Shown: piece after piece, positions 1-9,914 of the stretch
How the letters are laid out: each line of letters opens with the position of its first letter
How positions within the stretch are numbered: position 1 is the stretch's first letter
Assembly: GCA_039025855.1 (NCBI GenBank)
Contig: JBCCNL010000001.1
Coordinates: 106,988-170,987, forward strand
Reading direction: 5' to 3'
DNA from: Planctomycetota bacterium
GTDB lineage: Bacteria; Planctomycetota; Phycisphaerae; Phycisphaerales; Phycisphaeraceae
DNA: 64,000 bases
Made by a program: the position numbers and the translations under genes
Notes under the pieces: model-generated
Databases searched by the model: none
Told to the model about the DNA's origin: nothing
Seen by the model: the letters and a program-made list of their open reading frames with translations, nothing else

Positions 1-572
1 GAGCCGGACTGCCCGAAGGAAGGCAGGGCCGAGGGTGCAGAGGGCGTCGCGGCATCGACGCCCGGGGCCGCCTCGATGAGGCTGGTAAAGGCTTGACCCG
101 CTGTCGTCTCATTAGGCTGATCGAAACGTGCCAAGCGGTCGTTGTAGTTGGCAAAGTAGGCGCGGAGCACGGCGTTGAGGATTAGCGCGGCCTCGTCCGG
201 ATCGGGGGCCTTGAAGCTGAGGATGACCGTCTCGTCTTCGTCATCGCCGCGGATATCCAGGCCTTCGCGGAGGAAGGTCAAGCGATCGTCGACATCGGCA
301 AACGTGACCGCGGAGGCGAGAGCGGGTTCGGCCAACGCACGGGTGAGCACGGCGGTCGACTTGAGCACGGAGGCCTGCGTTACGGGGTTCGCGGCGGCGA
401 CGCCGTCGTTCTTCAACCGGCCCGGGTCGTTGGTCGTGGACGGCCGGTCGATGTACACCACAGCCGAGCTTTCGTAGACACGCGGTGCCAGGAAGAAGTG
501 CATCAATCCCAATAGCAGTCCGACGCATGTCGCGAGGATCAGGAGCCTTCGGCCCCGCCAAGCGATCTCCAC
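1..572 (-). CDS. Polysaccharide chain-length determinant (Wzz/GumC-like) protein, N-terminal part; the gene runs off the window start.
   Basis: A minus-strand frame absent from the ORF track because it runs off the edge. My translation gives a short cytoplasmic segment, a TM helix (RLLILATCVGLLLGLMHFFL) and then 'APRVYESSAVVYIDRPSTT...ILNAVLRAYF', typical of the start of a Wzz periplasmic domain. A possible GTG start lies at 572..570. Confidence 0.6.
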   Translation of the reverse strand, partial: MEIAWRGRRLLILATCVGLLLGLMHFFLAPRVYESSAVVYIDRPSTTNDPGRLKNDGVAAANPVTQASVLKSTAVLTRALAEPALASAVTFADVDDRLTFLREGLDIRGDDEDETVILSFKAPDPDEAALILNAVLRAYFANYNDRLARFDQPNETTAGQAFTSLIEAAPGVDAATPSAPSALPSFGQSG

Positions 573-960
573 CGCCGATCGTTCCCACGACCCGGAGGCC
601 GTCGCGGCGTCTGCTTCTGTAACGCAGATATCCCGCAGCGCGTCGGCGGCCGACGGGAGGGTCGAAGCGGACTGTTCCTGGTTCTCAATGGTGATGATTT
701 TCTCCCTGCGGCGCGACTCCAAGGACGAACTCGCTCCGATCTTTCCAGCGGCCTATCTCTTGCCCCTCGGGCGACGCTACTTCACATTCTGTCGCCCTTG
801 CCCGAGTCTATGCCACGCGTGCTGTGCTCGGATCATGCGCAGTGCAAATGGCGATAAGCAGGCCCATACCAAAAGTAACCGCTAGCCAAGCACTGTCAAG
901 GGATTAAATCGTTCGTTTTCGTGGCTGGACCGACACGCCGTTGTTTGGGAGAGGTTTGGA

Positions 961-2268
961 TCAGGCGGTGGGTTGCGCTCCGTTTGGGCCGACCGCTTGG
1001 GGTCGAGCCACGGGAGCGCGGTCCAGGCCCACGACGGCGAGGATGACGCCGGCCGCGAGGGCCTGTGTGGCGTGAGCGATCAAGACGGCCAGAGCCATAC
1101 CCGGCAAGCCCAGCCAAGCGGTCAGGGGCAGGCCGACGGCGATCAGCACAAGCGCCCCCATAACGGCACAGGGCAGGACCCGATCGGGGCGTTCAGCGGC
1201 CTTGAAGGCGGCGTGCAGCGTGCTGTGGGCCGCCACCGCCACGGGCACCCCCGCGAGAAGCCAGAGCAGCCCCGCATCCTCCACGTATTTATCCCCGTAC
1301 AGCAACCCGGTCAGGGCACCCCCGGTGAGCCCGAGCAGCGGCCAGGCCAGCAGCGGCATCGCCGTGAGCAGGCCACCCACCATCACCAGCAACCGATAGA
1401 AGCCCGGCTCGCGCAGCCGGCGGACCAGCACGGGCTGGGCCAACGCCGAGACGGAATATGTCGCCATGATGAAGGGCATGGTCAGGTTGTTCAGAGCTTT
1501 GTAGGCGCCACCGTCGGCATAGCTCAGCATCAAGGGCAGCACCAGAAACGGGAACTGCTCCGGCACGAAACGGATCAGGTTGGTCGGGCCCGCCCAGAGC
1601 CCGTAGCGGACGTGACGGCTCTGCACGGCCCGGCGCTGGATCGCGGTGTGACCAGTCCGGCGCGGGATCGCCAACCGGACGGTCAGAAACGAGCCGGCCG
1701 TCAGGGCAGCACACCCCATGACACCGATCGCAGCCGGGATCGTCGCCGCCCCGGTACCCCACAGCACAGCAAGCCCCACCCCGATCACCGCGGCGTAAAG
1801 CATGCCCGACATGGCCGCCGTCTTCGGGTCCGCCCGTACGTAGCACGCATCCCGCAGCAACCAGGGCAGAAGCATGACCGGCTGTGCAAGGGCAAACGCG
1901 AGCAGGGCCGTGGCAAAGGTGTACTGCCCGAGCGCCCAGAAGACCGCAGCGGTGACCGCAAGACCAAGCGCCGCTATGCCCGTCAGCCGAAGGTGCGACC
2001 CCATCAGCACACGGAGGTACCGGGCAAACCGGCCTTGGTATCGCCCCGAACCAAAGACCACCATCGGCTCGGTCAGGAACGCGGTATGGGCCGCACCAAC
2101 GATCAGAAACACCGCAAAGCCCGCCGCAAACGCCCCGTAGTCGGACTCGGGCAGCAGCCGGGCCAGCACGAGGTGCACCGCGAAGTTCGCGCCGGCAAAG
2201 AAGACCTGGTCCAACATCGCCCACGCCCCCCGGCCCAGCCAACGACGCTTTGCTGTTCCACTGCTCAT
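961..2268 (-). CDS. MOP-superfamily polysaccharide flippase (Wzx-like), multi-TM.
   Basis: ORF 961..2310 trimmed to the ATG at 2268 (MSSGTAKRRWLGRGAWAMLDQ...). About 12 predicted TM helices. The N-terminal 'LVLARLLPESDYGAF' resembles the Wzx consensus. Confidence 0.7.
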   Translation of the reverse strand: MSSGTAKRRWLGRGAWAMLDQVFFAGANFAVHLVLARLLPESDYGAFAAGFAVFLIVGAAHTAFLTEPMVVFGSGRYQGRFARYLRVLMGSHLRLTGIAALGLAVTAAVFWALGQYTFATALLAFALAQPVMLLPWLLRDACYVRADPKTAAMSGMLYAAVIGVGLAVLWGTGAATIPAAIGVMGCAALTAGSFLTVRLAIPRRTGHTAIQRRAVQSRHVRYGLWAGPTNLIRFVPEQFPFLVLPLMLSYADGGAYKALNNLTMPFIMATYSVSALAQPVLVRRLREPGFYRLLVMVGGLLTAMPLLAWPLLGLTGGALTGLLYGDKYVEDAGLLWLLAGVPVAVAAHSTLHAAFKAAERPDRVLPCAVMGALVLIAVGLPLTAWLGLPGMALAVLIAHATQALAAGVILAVVGLDRAPVARPQAVGPNGAQPTA

Positions 2269-2543
2269 CAGACCGCCAGACTCCTCAACCACCGAACCAC
2301 ACCACCGCATCGGCCCCGATGTACCGCCTTAATCGCGTGTGCCGACCCTCCAACCGCACAAAAGCCGCCCCACCCAGAAGCTGACACACTCACAGACATC
2401 CGACTCTCTCCGCCTCTCTTCGAGGGCCACCGTTCAAGCCCAATGGGGCTGATCCCACTGGGACGCGATGTCCCTCCCGCGGTGCGAGTATCGCACACCG
2501 ATGCGCCACCATCAACAAATGGTCGTCCGCCCACCGCATCGCA

Positions 2544-2573
2544 GGAAGCATGCTTCCCGCTCCATGGCCATGG
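2544..2573. other. Two adjacent perfect palindromes, GGAAGCATGCTTCC (2544..2557) and CCATGGCCATGG (2562..2573), just downstream of the PEP-CTERM gene stop.
   Basis: Seen directly. Could be a hairpin terminator or a protein-binding site. Confidence 0.3.
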
Positions 2574-2589
2574 CCCCCCGCCTACCCGA

Positions 2590-4269
2590 TCAGGCGCGAT
2601 GCATTGATCGCCGACGCCCCCGCCCAACGACAGCCCATGCCAGCAAGCCGCCCACACCGACCAGGCCCAGCGCCCCCGGCTCCGGGATGACGGTGATCGT
2701 CCGCGTGTCGTACGCCACCCCGGCATCGCCATAAGCCAGCACGGTCACCGTGTACTCATCCGCCTTCGGGAACACCACCTCCACGCTCGACCCGAGCACC
2801 GGCACCCCATAACCCAGGTCCCACAAGACCGTCTGCGGCGCGAAGCCTGCCCCAGCAGTGACGCTCAAACGGATCGGCTGCCCCGCCACCACGTCTCCGA
2901 TCGCATCCAGACTCAGCTCGGGCACCCCGCTCGCAAACCCCTGAGACACGGGCTGGGCATCCGACCCGTTGTCCGCCACATCGTTCCCCAGCCACTGCAG
3001 GTCCGCCGGCAGACCGGAGACCTGCACCGGGTCGAACGCGTCCTTCTGGTTCTCGTGCACCGTGTTGCCCACAAACCGCAGCCGCTCGTTGTCCCCGGTC
3101 AGCGTGATCCCTCGGCCGGCATGGCCCGTCAGCTTGTTGCCAACCGCCAGCAGGTCCTGCACGTTGTCGTTCACCCGCAGCCCGTCCCCGAACCCCGACC
3201 CGACAAAACCATCCCCGCCGACCGCGTCGCTCAACGTGTTCTGCAACAACAACACCCCACGCAAGGCCCCGTCGCCATCGTCGCCGTCGTCACCCTGCAG
3301 CTGCGCCGAGAACGAGTTCGCCCCCCCAACCTGATTACGCGCAACGATCACCGACTCCGTCACGCCCTGCCCCGATAGCGACAGCCCCACATCCGCGTTG
3401 CCGTCCACGCGGTTGTCCGCCAGCACCACCCGATTCACGTCCACCAACTCCAGGCCCGCAAACTTGAACCCGGCACCCGGCACGCCGCCAATCACATTCC
3501 GCCTCACCGCCACCCGGTCCGAACCATCCACGCTCAGCCAGCTGTCCACCCGGTTGTCTTCCACCACCGACCCGTCCACCCCGGTGTGCAGCTCGATGCC
3601 CAAGCCTTGCGACCTCAGCCCCGACCCCGTCACCGTGTTGCCTCGGACCACCGCCTGACCCGAGTCATCATTGAAAAAAATCCCGCCGCGCCCCGTGTTC
3701 TTCACCTTGTTCCCCACCACCGTGTTCCGCACCGAGCCGTGAGCGATCCGTATCCCGCCGCCAAAGGTCGAGTCGACCCCGATCTCCGAGAACCGGCTCC
3801 CGGTAATCACCGAATCGGTCACCCCGCTCGAGAAGTACACCCCCAGCGGCCCAAACGCCGTCCCGCTCAGCCGGGTCACCTCGACCCGCTCCAGCCGATG
3901 CCCGCCCCCGTTCGACGCGACCACGCCATACGACAGCCCCGAACCCACCCCATCCATCGTGAACCCCCGCAGCGTCACATCACGCGTCCCCGCCAGATCA
4001 AAAAACCGGTCATGCCCCCCCGCCGCCCGCAGCACCGTCTGACCCATCCCCGCCCCCTCGATCGCCACCCCCGACTTCGCCCGCAACGGCCCATCCAGCA
4101 CGTAGTCCAGGTGCCCCGGCAGCTCCACCGTATCCCCCGCCGACGACGCATCGATCGCCGTCTGGATCGCCGCCCGCGTCCCCACCGCCACCGTCCGCGT
4201 CGTCCCCCCAGCCGCCGGCCAAGCCAGCAGCAACACGACCCACCCCGCGAACCAACCACGCTTGGTCAT
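2590..4269 (-). CDS. Secreted right-handed beta-helix (pectate-lyase-fold) repeat protein with a C-terminal PEP-CTERM sorting signal.
   Basis: ATG at 4269 gives a signal peptide (MTKRGWFAGWVVLLLAWPAAGG). Repeated 'NxVxxNxxxGxxxxG' beta-helix turns are present. The C-terminus reads VIPEPGALGLVGVGGLLAWAVVGRGRRR, i.e. PEP + TM + Arg-rich. Confidence 0.8.
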   Translation of the reverse strand: MTKRGWFAGWVVLLLAWPAAGGTTRTVAVGTRAAIQTAIDASSAGDTVELPGHLDYVLDGPLRAKSGVAIEGAGMGQTVLRAAGGHDRFFDLAGTRDVTLRGFTMDGVGSGLSYGVVASNGGGHRLERVEVTRLSGTAFGPLGVYFSSGVTDSVITGSRFSEIGVDSTFGGGIRIAHGSVRNTVVGNKVKNTGRGGIFFNDDSGQAVVRGNTVTGSGLRSQGLGIELHTGVDGSVVEDNRVDSWLSVDGSDRVAVRRNVIGGVPGAGFKFAGLELVDVNRVVLADNRVDGNADVGLSLSGQGVTESVIVARNQVGGANSFSAQLQGDDGDDGDGALRGVLLLQNTLSDAVGGDGFVGSGFGDGLRVNDNVQDLLAVGNKLTGHAGRGITLTGDNERLRFVGNTVHENQKDAFDPVQVSGLPADLQWLGNDVADNGSDAQPVSQGFASGVPELSLDAIGDVVAGQPIRLSVTAGAGFAPQTVLWDLGYGVPVLGSSVEVVFPKADEYTVTVLAYGDAGVAYDTRTITVIPEPGALGLVGVGGLLAWAVVGRGRRRSMHRA

Positions 4270-4400
4270 AGGGCTCACACATCCCATCGTCACCAGACTC
4301 CGCTCTGTTCCGTCAGGCCGCCGACCGTCTCACTCTATCAAGTCTCACCCCAGCCCCCCTACCCGTCCCCGTGATCGCCCCACCCCTTAGCCCCTAAAGC

Positions 4401-5744
4401 CTACCCCGCCCGCACCACCAGCCGCCGGTAGGCGTACGCCCGCACCGCCGTCCCCACGATCGACCCCGCCAGGACGATGTAGGCCGCCGACTCCACACCC
4501 AGACCCGCGCCCTGCCAACCCATGAACAGCCCCATCAAACCAGCCACCACCGCCAACTCCGCCACCCCCGCCGTAAACCCCCACGCCGGCCGACCCACCG
4601 CCACGATCCCGCTGTTCCAACCCATCCGCACCGCACGCACCGCCAACGCCACACCCAACACCGCCACCGCATGCCCCAGCCCCGCGTACGCCGAATCCCC
4701 CAACACCCACAGCAGCACCGGACCACCCACCAGACCCGCCACCGCCGCATACCCCACCATCACCAACGCCACCCCCCACGTCACCCGCCCCACCATCTGC
4801 CGCAGCGCCAACCCGCCGCCCTGCTTCCACGCCGCCGCCGTCCGCGGCGCCACCACCCCCCCCAGACCCAGCAACAACGGGTTCGCCGCCACCACCACCA
4901 GCCCCGCCGCCGCGAAACGCCCCGCCTCCCCAGAACCCGCCGCCGCCGCCAGGCCCCACGTCACCACCATCAACGTCACCGCCCGAGCCTGCTGACTCCC
5001 CAGCAACCAACGCCCGAACCGCCACGACCGCACCAGCCAAGTCCCCACCGCACGCCGGTCCCCGCCCACCCAATGCCGGTGAAACCAACACCACACCACA
5101 CCCCCCACCAGACCGGCCCCCCCCAACACCCCGATCGCCGCTTCCGCCGTCAGCCACCCCATCACACCCAGCCACACCACCAGCCCAACCTGCATCCCGC
5201 TCACCACCACATCCAACGCCAACGCCGACCCCGGCTCATCGTGAGCGTACGCCACACGCCGCGCCACCCCATGCACCATCACCCCCGGCCACGCCAACGC
5301 CAACACCAGCAACAACCGCCCCTCAGGCCCGCTCCCCACCATCCCCCAGGCTCCGCCCACCACCCCCAGCCCCGCGACCGCCACGCCCACCAGCACCCCC
5401 CAAACCACCAGCATGCTCCCCAACGCACGCCGCCGACGAAACGCCGACACCTGATTCCCCAGCACCGTGTAAGGCGTCAGCAACAACGACTCCTGCACCA
5501 CCATCCCGATCACCACCACCGCAAAACCCATCGCATACAGCCCCAACTCGTCCGCACCCGCCAGCCGACCGATCAACACCGTCAACGCAAACCGCCCCGC
5601 ACTCACCACCGCCTGGTCCAACACCGCCGCCCCCCCCCACCGCGCCGCCGACACCATCACCCCCGCACCACCACGCCACCACGTCCGCAGCCCCCCTTCC
5701 AAACGCCCAGCCCCCGCGACCACCCGCGCCGAACCCTTACTCAT
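4401..5744 (-). CDS. MOP-superfamily polysaccharide biosynthesis/flippase protein (second Wzx-like).
   Basis: ORF 4401..6044 trimmed to the ATG at 5744 (MSKGSARVVAG...), which overlaps the stop of the upstream gene as ATGA. Multi-TM with the MATE-like/MOP pattern. Confidence 0.65.
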   Translation of the reverse strand: MSKGSARVVAGAGRLEGGLRTWWRGGAGVMVSAARWGGAAVLDQAVVSAGRFALTVLIGRLAGADELGLYAMGFAVVVIGMVVQESLLLTPYTVLGNQVSAFRRRRALGSMLVVWGVLVGVAVAGLGVVGGAWGMVGSGPEGRLLLVLALAWPGVMVHGVARRVAYAHDEPGSALALDVVVSGMQVGLVVWLGVMGWLTAEAAIGVLGGAGLVGGVVWCWFHRHWVGGDRRAVGTWLVRSWRFGRWLLGSQQARAVTLMVVTWGLAAAAGSGEAGRFAAAGLVVVAANPLLLGLGGVVAPRTAAAWKQGGGLALRQMVGRVTWGVALVMVGYAAVAGLVGGPVLLWVLGDSAYAGLGHAVAVLGVALAVRAVRMGWNSGIVAVGRPAWGFTAGVAELAVVAGLMGLFMGWQGAGLGVESAAYIVLAGSIVGTAVRAYAYRRLVVRAG

Positions 5745-7072
5745 CGTGCCCCCCCCACTGCCGCCCCGGAGGCCTCCGATGGACTCAACCGCCCCGCCGC
5801 CGTCGGCTTCGGGTCCACCGCCGCCGCCCGCGTCGCTCGCCGCCGAAGCGGCCGTGACATCTCCAGCAACGACGGCAGCGGGTCCCGCCAAGACCACGTG
5901 ATGTGCACCCCGCCCCGCAGCCCCGGCCACGCCGCACGCACACCCGCCCACCCCGCACGCCCCATCAACCGCGCTGCCCGACCCCAACCAATCACCCCCT
6001 GACGCCGCTCGAACCGGCACCCCGCCCACGCCCCGAACGTCCACGCAAACCGCAGCCCCCGCCGATACGCCAACGCATCCGCCGGCACCTCCAACCGCTC
6101 ACCCCCCGCCAGCCGCACCGCCAGCTCCGGCAGCCGAAGCCCCGCCCGATACACCACCGCGAAGTTCGCCCCCAGCCGCGGATTCAGCTCCAGAAAACAC
6201 CGCGACGACTCCTCCCCCTCGTACAGAAACTGCGCACACCCCACCCCGCGATAACCCAACGCCCCGACCAACGCCTCCGTGTCCGCGATCAACGCCGGCG
6301 TCGGCTCCACCGTCCGCCCCGACACCGCCAGACCCGTCCCGTCCACCCGGTCAGTCCGATCGATCCGCACCTCCACCGCCCCCACCAGCCGCCCCCCGTC
6401 CGCCGCGAAATACACGTTATGCCTCGGCCCCGCCGCATACCCCTGCACCATCAGCCGCCGCCCCGCCATCGCCCCGTCCCCCGCCAACGCCTCCGCCTCG
6501 CCCGCCTCCCGCACAATCTCCGCCTTCACCCCAAACCGCAGCGTCTCGTGGTCCATCGGCTTCACCACGCACGGCAGACCGACCCGCTCCATCGCGCCAC
6601 CCAGTTCATCTCCACCCACCACCTCGTAACCCGCGTGCGGCACCCCCGCCGACCGACACGCCTCCAGCATCCGCCCCTTGTCCAGACACGTCTCGACCGC
6701 TCCGGGATTCGCCACCGCCAACCCCACCCGCTCCCCGAACCTCGCCCCCATCTCCCCCCGCAGCCCATCCACCCGCCGCACCGCCGATTCATCCACCGGG
6801 AACACCACCCGTACCCAAGGCCGCGCCTCCAGAAACCGCATCAACTGCCCATCAAACGCCGACGGGTCGCCCTTCCACGACGCATGCCGCCACACCTCCG
6901 CCACACCCCGCGACCGGTACGCGTGGTAGTCCCGATCGTCTGCCTCATCCCGCCCAACCACGACCGCCCAGCCGTCCGACCGCAGCGCCCGGATCACCGT
7001 CAGGCTCTGCCGCCGGTTGCCCAGCAGGAGCACCCCACTCCGCCCGTCGGTACCCGCGCCGCTGCCGCTCAA
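5741..7072 (-). CDS. ATP-grasp domain enzyme (carboxylate-amine ligase type).
   Basis: N-terminal 'VLLLGNRRQSLTVIRALRSDGWAVVVGRD' Rossmann-like pre-ATP-grasp segment. 'CVVKP' and 'FLELNPR' resemble ATP-grasp motifs. Start is TTG at 7072 (TTGA overlap with the upstream stop) or GTG 13 codons downstream. Confidence 0.65.
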   Translation of the reverse strand: MSGSGAGTDGRSGVLLLGNRRQSLTVIRALRSDGWAVVVGRDEADDRDYHAYRSRGVAEVWRHASWKGDPSAFDGQLMRFLEARPWVRVVFPVDESAVRRVDGLRGEMGARFGERVGLAVANPGAVETCLDKGRMLEACRSAGVPHAGYEVVGGDELGGAMERVGLPCVVKPMDHETLRFGVKAEIVREAGEAEALAGDGAMAGRRLMVQGYAAGPRHNVYFAADGGRLVGAVEVRIDRTDRVDGTGLAVSGRTVEPTPALIADTEALVGALGYRGVGCAQFLYEGEESSRCFLELNPRLGANFAVVYRAGLRLPELAVRLAGGERLEVPADALAYRRGLRFAWTFGAWAGCRFERRQGVIGWGRAARLMGRAGWAGVRAAWPGLRGGVHITWSWRDPLPSLLEMSRPLRRRATRAAAVDPKPTAAGRLSPSEASGAAVGGAR

Positions 7073-8433
7073 GACCCCACCCCTTCAAGCACGTTCGCCT
7101 CCGCCGGTGTCGCCACCGCCCGACGCCCCAGAGCCGACACCACCGTCCGGTGCTTGCCCCCCGGCCGCGCCGGCAGCACATCCACCTCCCGAACCACCAA
7201 GCCAAAGCCCGGCACCAACGCCGCCAGCCTCCGCTCAATCGCGACCCGCAACCCCTCACCTAGCGTTTCGTGACACTCCAGCCAAACCGTCACCGCCCCC
7301 GACTCGTCCTGCTCCGCCCGCCAACGCCGCACCCCGTCGTACTTGTCCACCACGTCCTCAAACGCCTGGCCGTGCACCGCATCCCCCGCCGCATCCATCA
7401 CCAGATCGAAGTCACGCCCCCGCACCGCCGGCAACACCGCAAACCCCACCGCCGACCGATCAATCGGGCCGTCGCACACATCACCCAACCGATACCGCAG
7501 CAGCGGGAAATCGCCGTTGCCCAGCACCGACACCACCACGTCGTACGCCCCGTCCTCCCGCGGCAGCGTTTCGACAAACACCAAATCGTCCCGCACCCGA
7601 AGCCGACGGTCCCCGTCGTGCCCCGCCAGGAACTCGCACTCCGTGCAGCCATACTCCGCCACCGCCGGCACCCCGAGCGCCCGCTCCACCACCGCCACCG
7701 TCGCCGGACGCACCGGCTCGGCCGTCAACACCACCAGCCGCAGCGACGGGCACTGCCACCCCATCCGCTCCGCCTCTTCCGCCAACAGGTGAGCCGCCAT
7801 GCTGTGAGAATAAATCGCCCTCGGCTTGAACCGTGCGATCCGCTCCAGATACCCCCGCAGCGTCGACGCCCGCAGGTCATACGGCGACAGCCGCAACCGA
7901 CCCCGTGCCCAATCCATCACCGGCCCCCGGACCCGCTCCTTCAACCCCTGAATCCCCGGCGCCAACGCCCCCGCATTCCCCCACACAAACACCCACCGAT
8001 CGTAGAAGTCCACCCCCCAGGACTGATAGAACCGGTACTTCGCCCGCAGCGTCTCCCGATGCGCCGTCGCACCGTAATAAATCGACGTCCGCGACCCGCT
8101 CGACCCGCTGGTCCGGTGCCACTCCCCGCCCCCGTCCCGCCCCGCCCGGATCGAGCAGAACCGCTCCGGCGCATCCCGAACAGCACCCTTCTCCAACACG
8201 GGCATCAGGCGCGTAAACGCCTCCAACGACTCAAACCGCACCGGCAAGCCCAGCCGATCCCGCAACGCCCGGTAGTGCGTGGTCTCTTCAAAAGCCCGCT
8301 CCCAGACCGCGTTGAGACGCTCCAACTGGTACGCCTCCATCCGCTCGCGATGCCAGCCCTCACGCGCCGCCAGCTCCCGCATCGCCAGACGCGCGGCACG
8401 AAACCGCGGCAGATGTTTAAAGAGCCTTCTCAT
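7069..8433 (-). CDS. Adenylate-forming enzyme of the phenylacetate-CoA ligase / coenzyme F390 synthetase (CapK-like) family.
   Basis: The 'TSGSSGSRTSIYY' AMP-binding P-loop-like motif. ATG at 8433 (the ORF track starts at a TTG at 8439). Sits inside the EPS operon. Confidence 0.7.
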   Translation of the reverse strand: MRRLFKHLPRFRAARLAMRELAAREGWHRERMEAYQLERLNAVWERAFEETTHYRALRDRLGLPVRFESLEAFTRLMPVLEKGAVRDAPERFCSIRAGRDGGGEWHRTSGSSGSRTSIYYGATAHRETLRAKYRFYQSWGVDFYDRWVFVWGNAGALAPGIQGLKERVRGPVMDWARGRLRLSPYDLRASTLRGYLERIARFKPRAIYSHSMAAHLLAEEAERMGWQCPSLRLVVLTAEPVRPATVAVVERALGVPAVAEYGCTECEFLAGHDGDRRLRVRDDLVFVETLPREDGAYDVVVSVLGNGDFPLLRYRLGDVCDGPIDRSAVGFAVLPAVRGRDFDLVMDAAGDAVHGQAFEDVVDKYDGVRRWRAEQDESGAVTVWLECHETLGEGLRVAIERRLAALVPGFGLVVREVDVLPARPGGKHRTVVSALGRRAVATPAEANVLEGVGS

Positions 8434-8514
8434 CGTCAACCTTCTCCCGACGCCTGTTCAGGATGTCACATCAACCCCTCCCAAGCAACCCGTAATCCCA
8501 AACAAACCGTCACG

Positions 8515-9702
8515 TCAGCCGCTGCCCCCGTCCTGCCCTCGCCTCACCCGGATCGCACGCTCGTAGAGCTCGATCAGCATCTGGTAGTTCCGCTCCGGCG
8601 TAAACGCCTCGGCATACCGCCGCCGCGCCGCCTCCCCCAGCCGGCGAGCCCGCGTGGGATCCGCAAACAGCCCCGCCGCGTGCGCCGCCAAACCCGCCGC
8701 GTCGTGCGGCTCATACAGCAGCCCCGTCCGGCCGTGGTCCACCAGCTCCGGCAGCGCCCCAATCCGCGCCGCAATCACCGGCGTGCCCCCCGCAAACGCC
8801 TCCACCACCGTCCGACCAAACACCTCGTACCACACCGACGGCACCACCACGAACGCTGCCCCCGCCATCAACTCCAACGCCCGCTCACGCTCGCACCGCC
8901 CCCACCACTCCACCCGCGCATCGCCCGTCTCCGCCTCCAGCCGCTCCCGCGCTGGACCATCACCCACAATCAGAAGCCGACCCAGCGACGGATCACGCGC
9001 CCACGCCTTGCACAGCACCTCCACACCCTTCTCTTCCGACACCCGCCCCACATACAACGCGTAATCCCGCGACGCCTCACGCGGCATAGGCGGCGCCTGC
9101 GTGAAGTTCGGCTTCACCACAATCCGCCGCGGATCAAAGCCCCCGTCCGCATACGCGTCACGCGTGAACTGCGACGGCGTCACGAACAGGTCCACCCCAC
9201 CACGCTTAACCGCCTGCCGCCGAACCGACAGCTGCGACAACGCCACCACCGCGCTCGACGCCCGGCTCCCCCGGTAGCAGGCGTGACGGACACCCGCGTG
9301 CGCAACCGCCGAACCCTGACACTTCGTGCAGACCCGGCCCTCCCGCAGGAACAACCCATTCACACACAAACCGCGGTAATTCCGCAGCGCCTGCACCACC
9401 GCCACGCCCCGTGAGCCGGCCTCCCGGTAAATCGATGGCGAGATCAGCGGGAAGATGTTGTTCGCGTGCAGCACGTCCGGGCGGTGCCGATCCAGCAGCG
9501 CCCCGACCGCCCGCGCCGAGCCCCGACTCCAGATCGTCTCCGCCGCGATGCCCAGCCGCGAGCGGTCCGCGATCTCATCGTTATGCCGGGTGTACCGGAT
9601 GACCGTGTGCCCCTGAGACTCAAGCACCGCCGCCTCAGCCTCGAAAGACTCATCCTCACCCCCACGCTGCCGGTAATAGGTATGGCACAGCAGAACCTTC
9701 AT
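8515..9702 (-). CDS. Glycosyltransferase family 4 (GT-B fold, group 1).
   Basis: C-terminal 'EVFGRTVVEAFAGGTPVIAARIGALPELV' GT4 signature. ATG at 9702. A Cys cluster (CTKCQGS...C) is inserted in the N-domain. Confidence 0.85.
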   Translation of the reverse strand: MKVLLCHTYYRQRGGEDESFEAEAAVLESQGHTVIRYTRHNDEIADRSRLGIAAETIWSRGSARAVGALLDRHRPDVLHANNIFPLISPSIYREAGSRGVAVVQALRNYRGLCVNGLFLREGRVCTKCQGSAVAHAGVRHACYRGSRASSAVVALSQLSVRRQAVKRGGVDLFVTPSQFTRDAYADGGFDPRRIVVKPNFTQAPPMPREASRDYALYVGRVSEEKGVEVLCKAWARDPSLGRLLIVGDGPARERLEAETGDARVEWWGRCERERALELMAGAAFVVVPSVWYEVFGRTVVEAFAGGTPVIAARIGALPELVDHGRTGLLYEPHDAAGLAAHAAGLFADPTRARRLGEAARRRYAEAFTPERNYQMLIELYERAIRVRRGQDGGSG

Positions 9703-9914
9703 CGCTCAGTCTTACGCTCAACTCCCCAAGGTCCGCCGAAGTCTACCCGCGCCCACCGCTAAACCAAGCCGCACCCCTCAGGCCCGCCACCCAGCTGCCC
9801 CAAGCTCACCCGCAAAGTCAAGTCGCCTCTATTGCCTAATCTTCCCAATCGACTATGTTGCGGGCTAGACATCCCACGAAGCGGTTCAACGCTCAGCCGA
9901 GGAGAGAAGGCCCC

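Noticed and set aside
573-960. 390-bp AT-richer gap with a small ORF (688..885) between the Wzz and Wzx genes, checked as a candidate small gene or RNA.
   Set aside because: The ORF shows a low-complexity 65-aa translation of Cys, Arg and Pro with no features. The gap is more likely the Wzz promoter or UTR.
973-2607. 544-aa plus-strand ORF rich in R/G/Q/H.
   Set aside because: It is antisense to the well-supported flippase gene (961..2268). Its composition is low-complexity, typical of GC-rich wrong-frame ORFs.
4671-9414. Three long plus-strand ORFs (4671..6002, 5903..7273, 7270..9414) that are Pro/Arg/His-rich.
   Set aside because: They overlap the minus-strand EPS genes, which have clear family motifs. 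They have no motifs and extreme composition, so I treat them as GC-frame artefacts.
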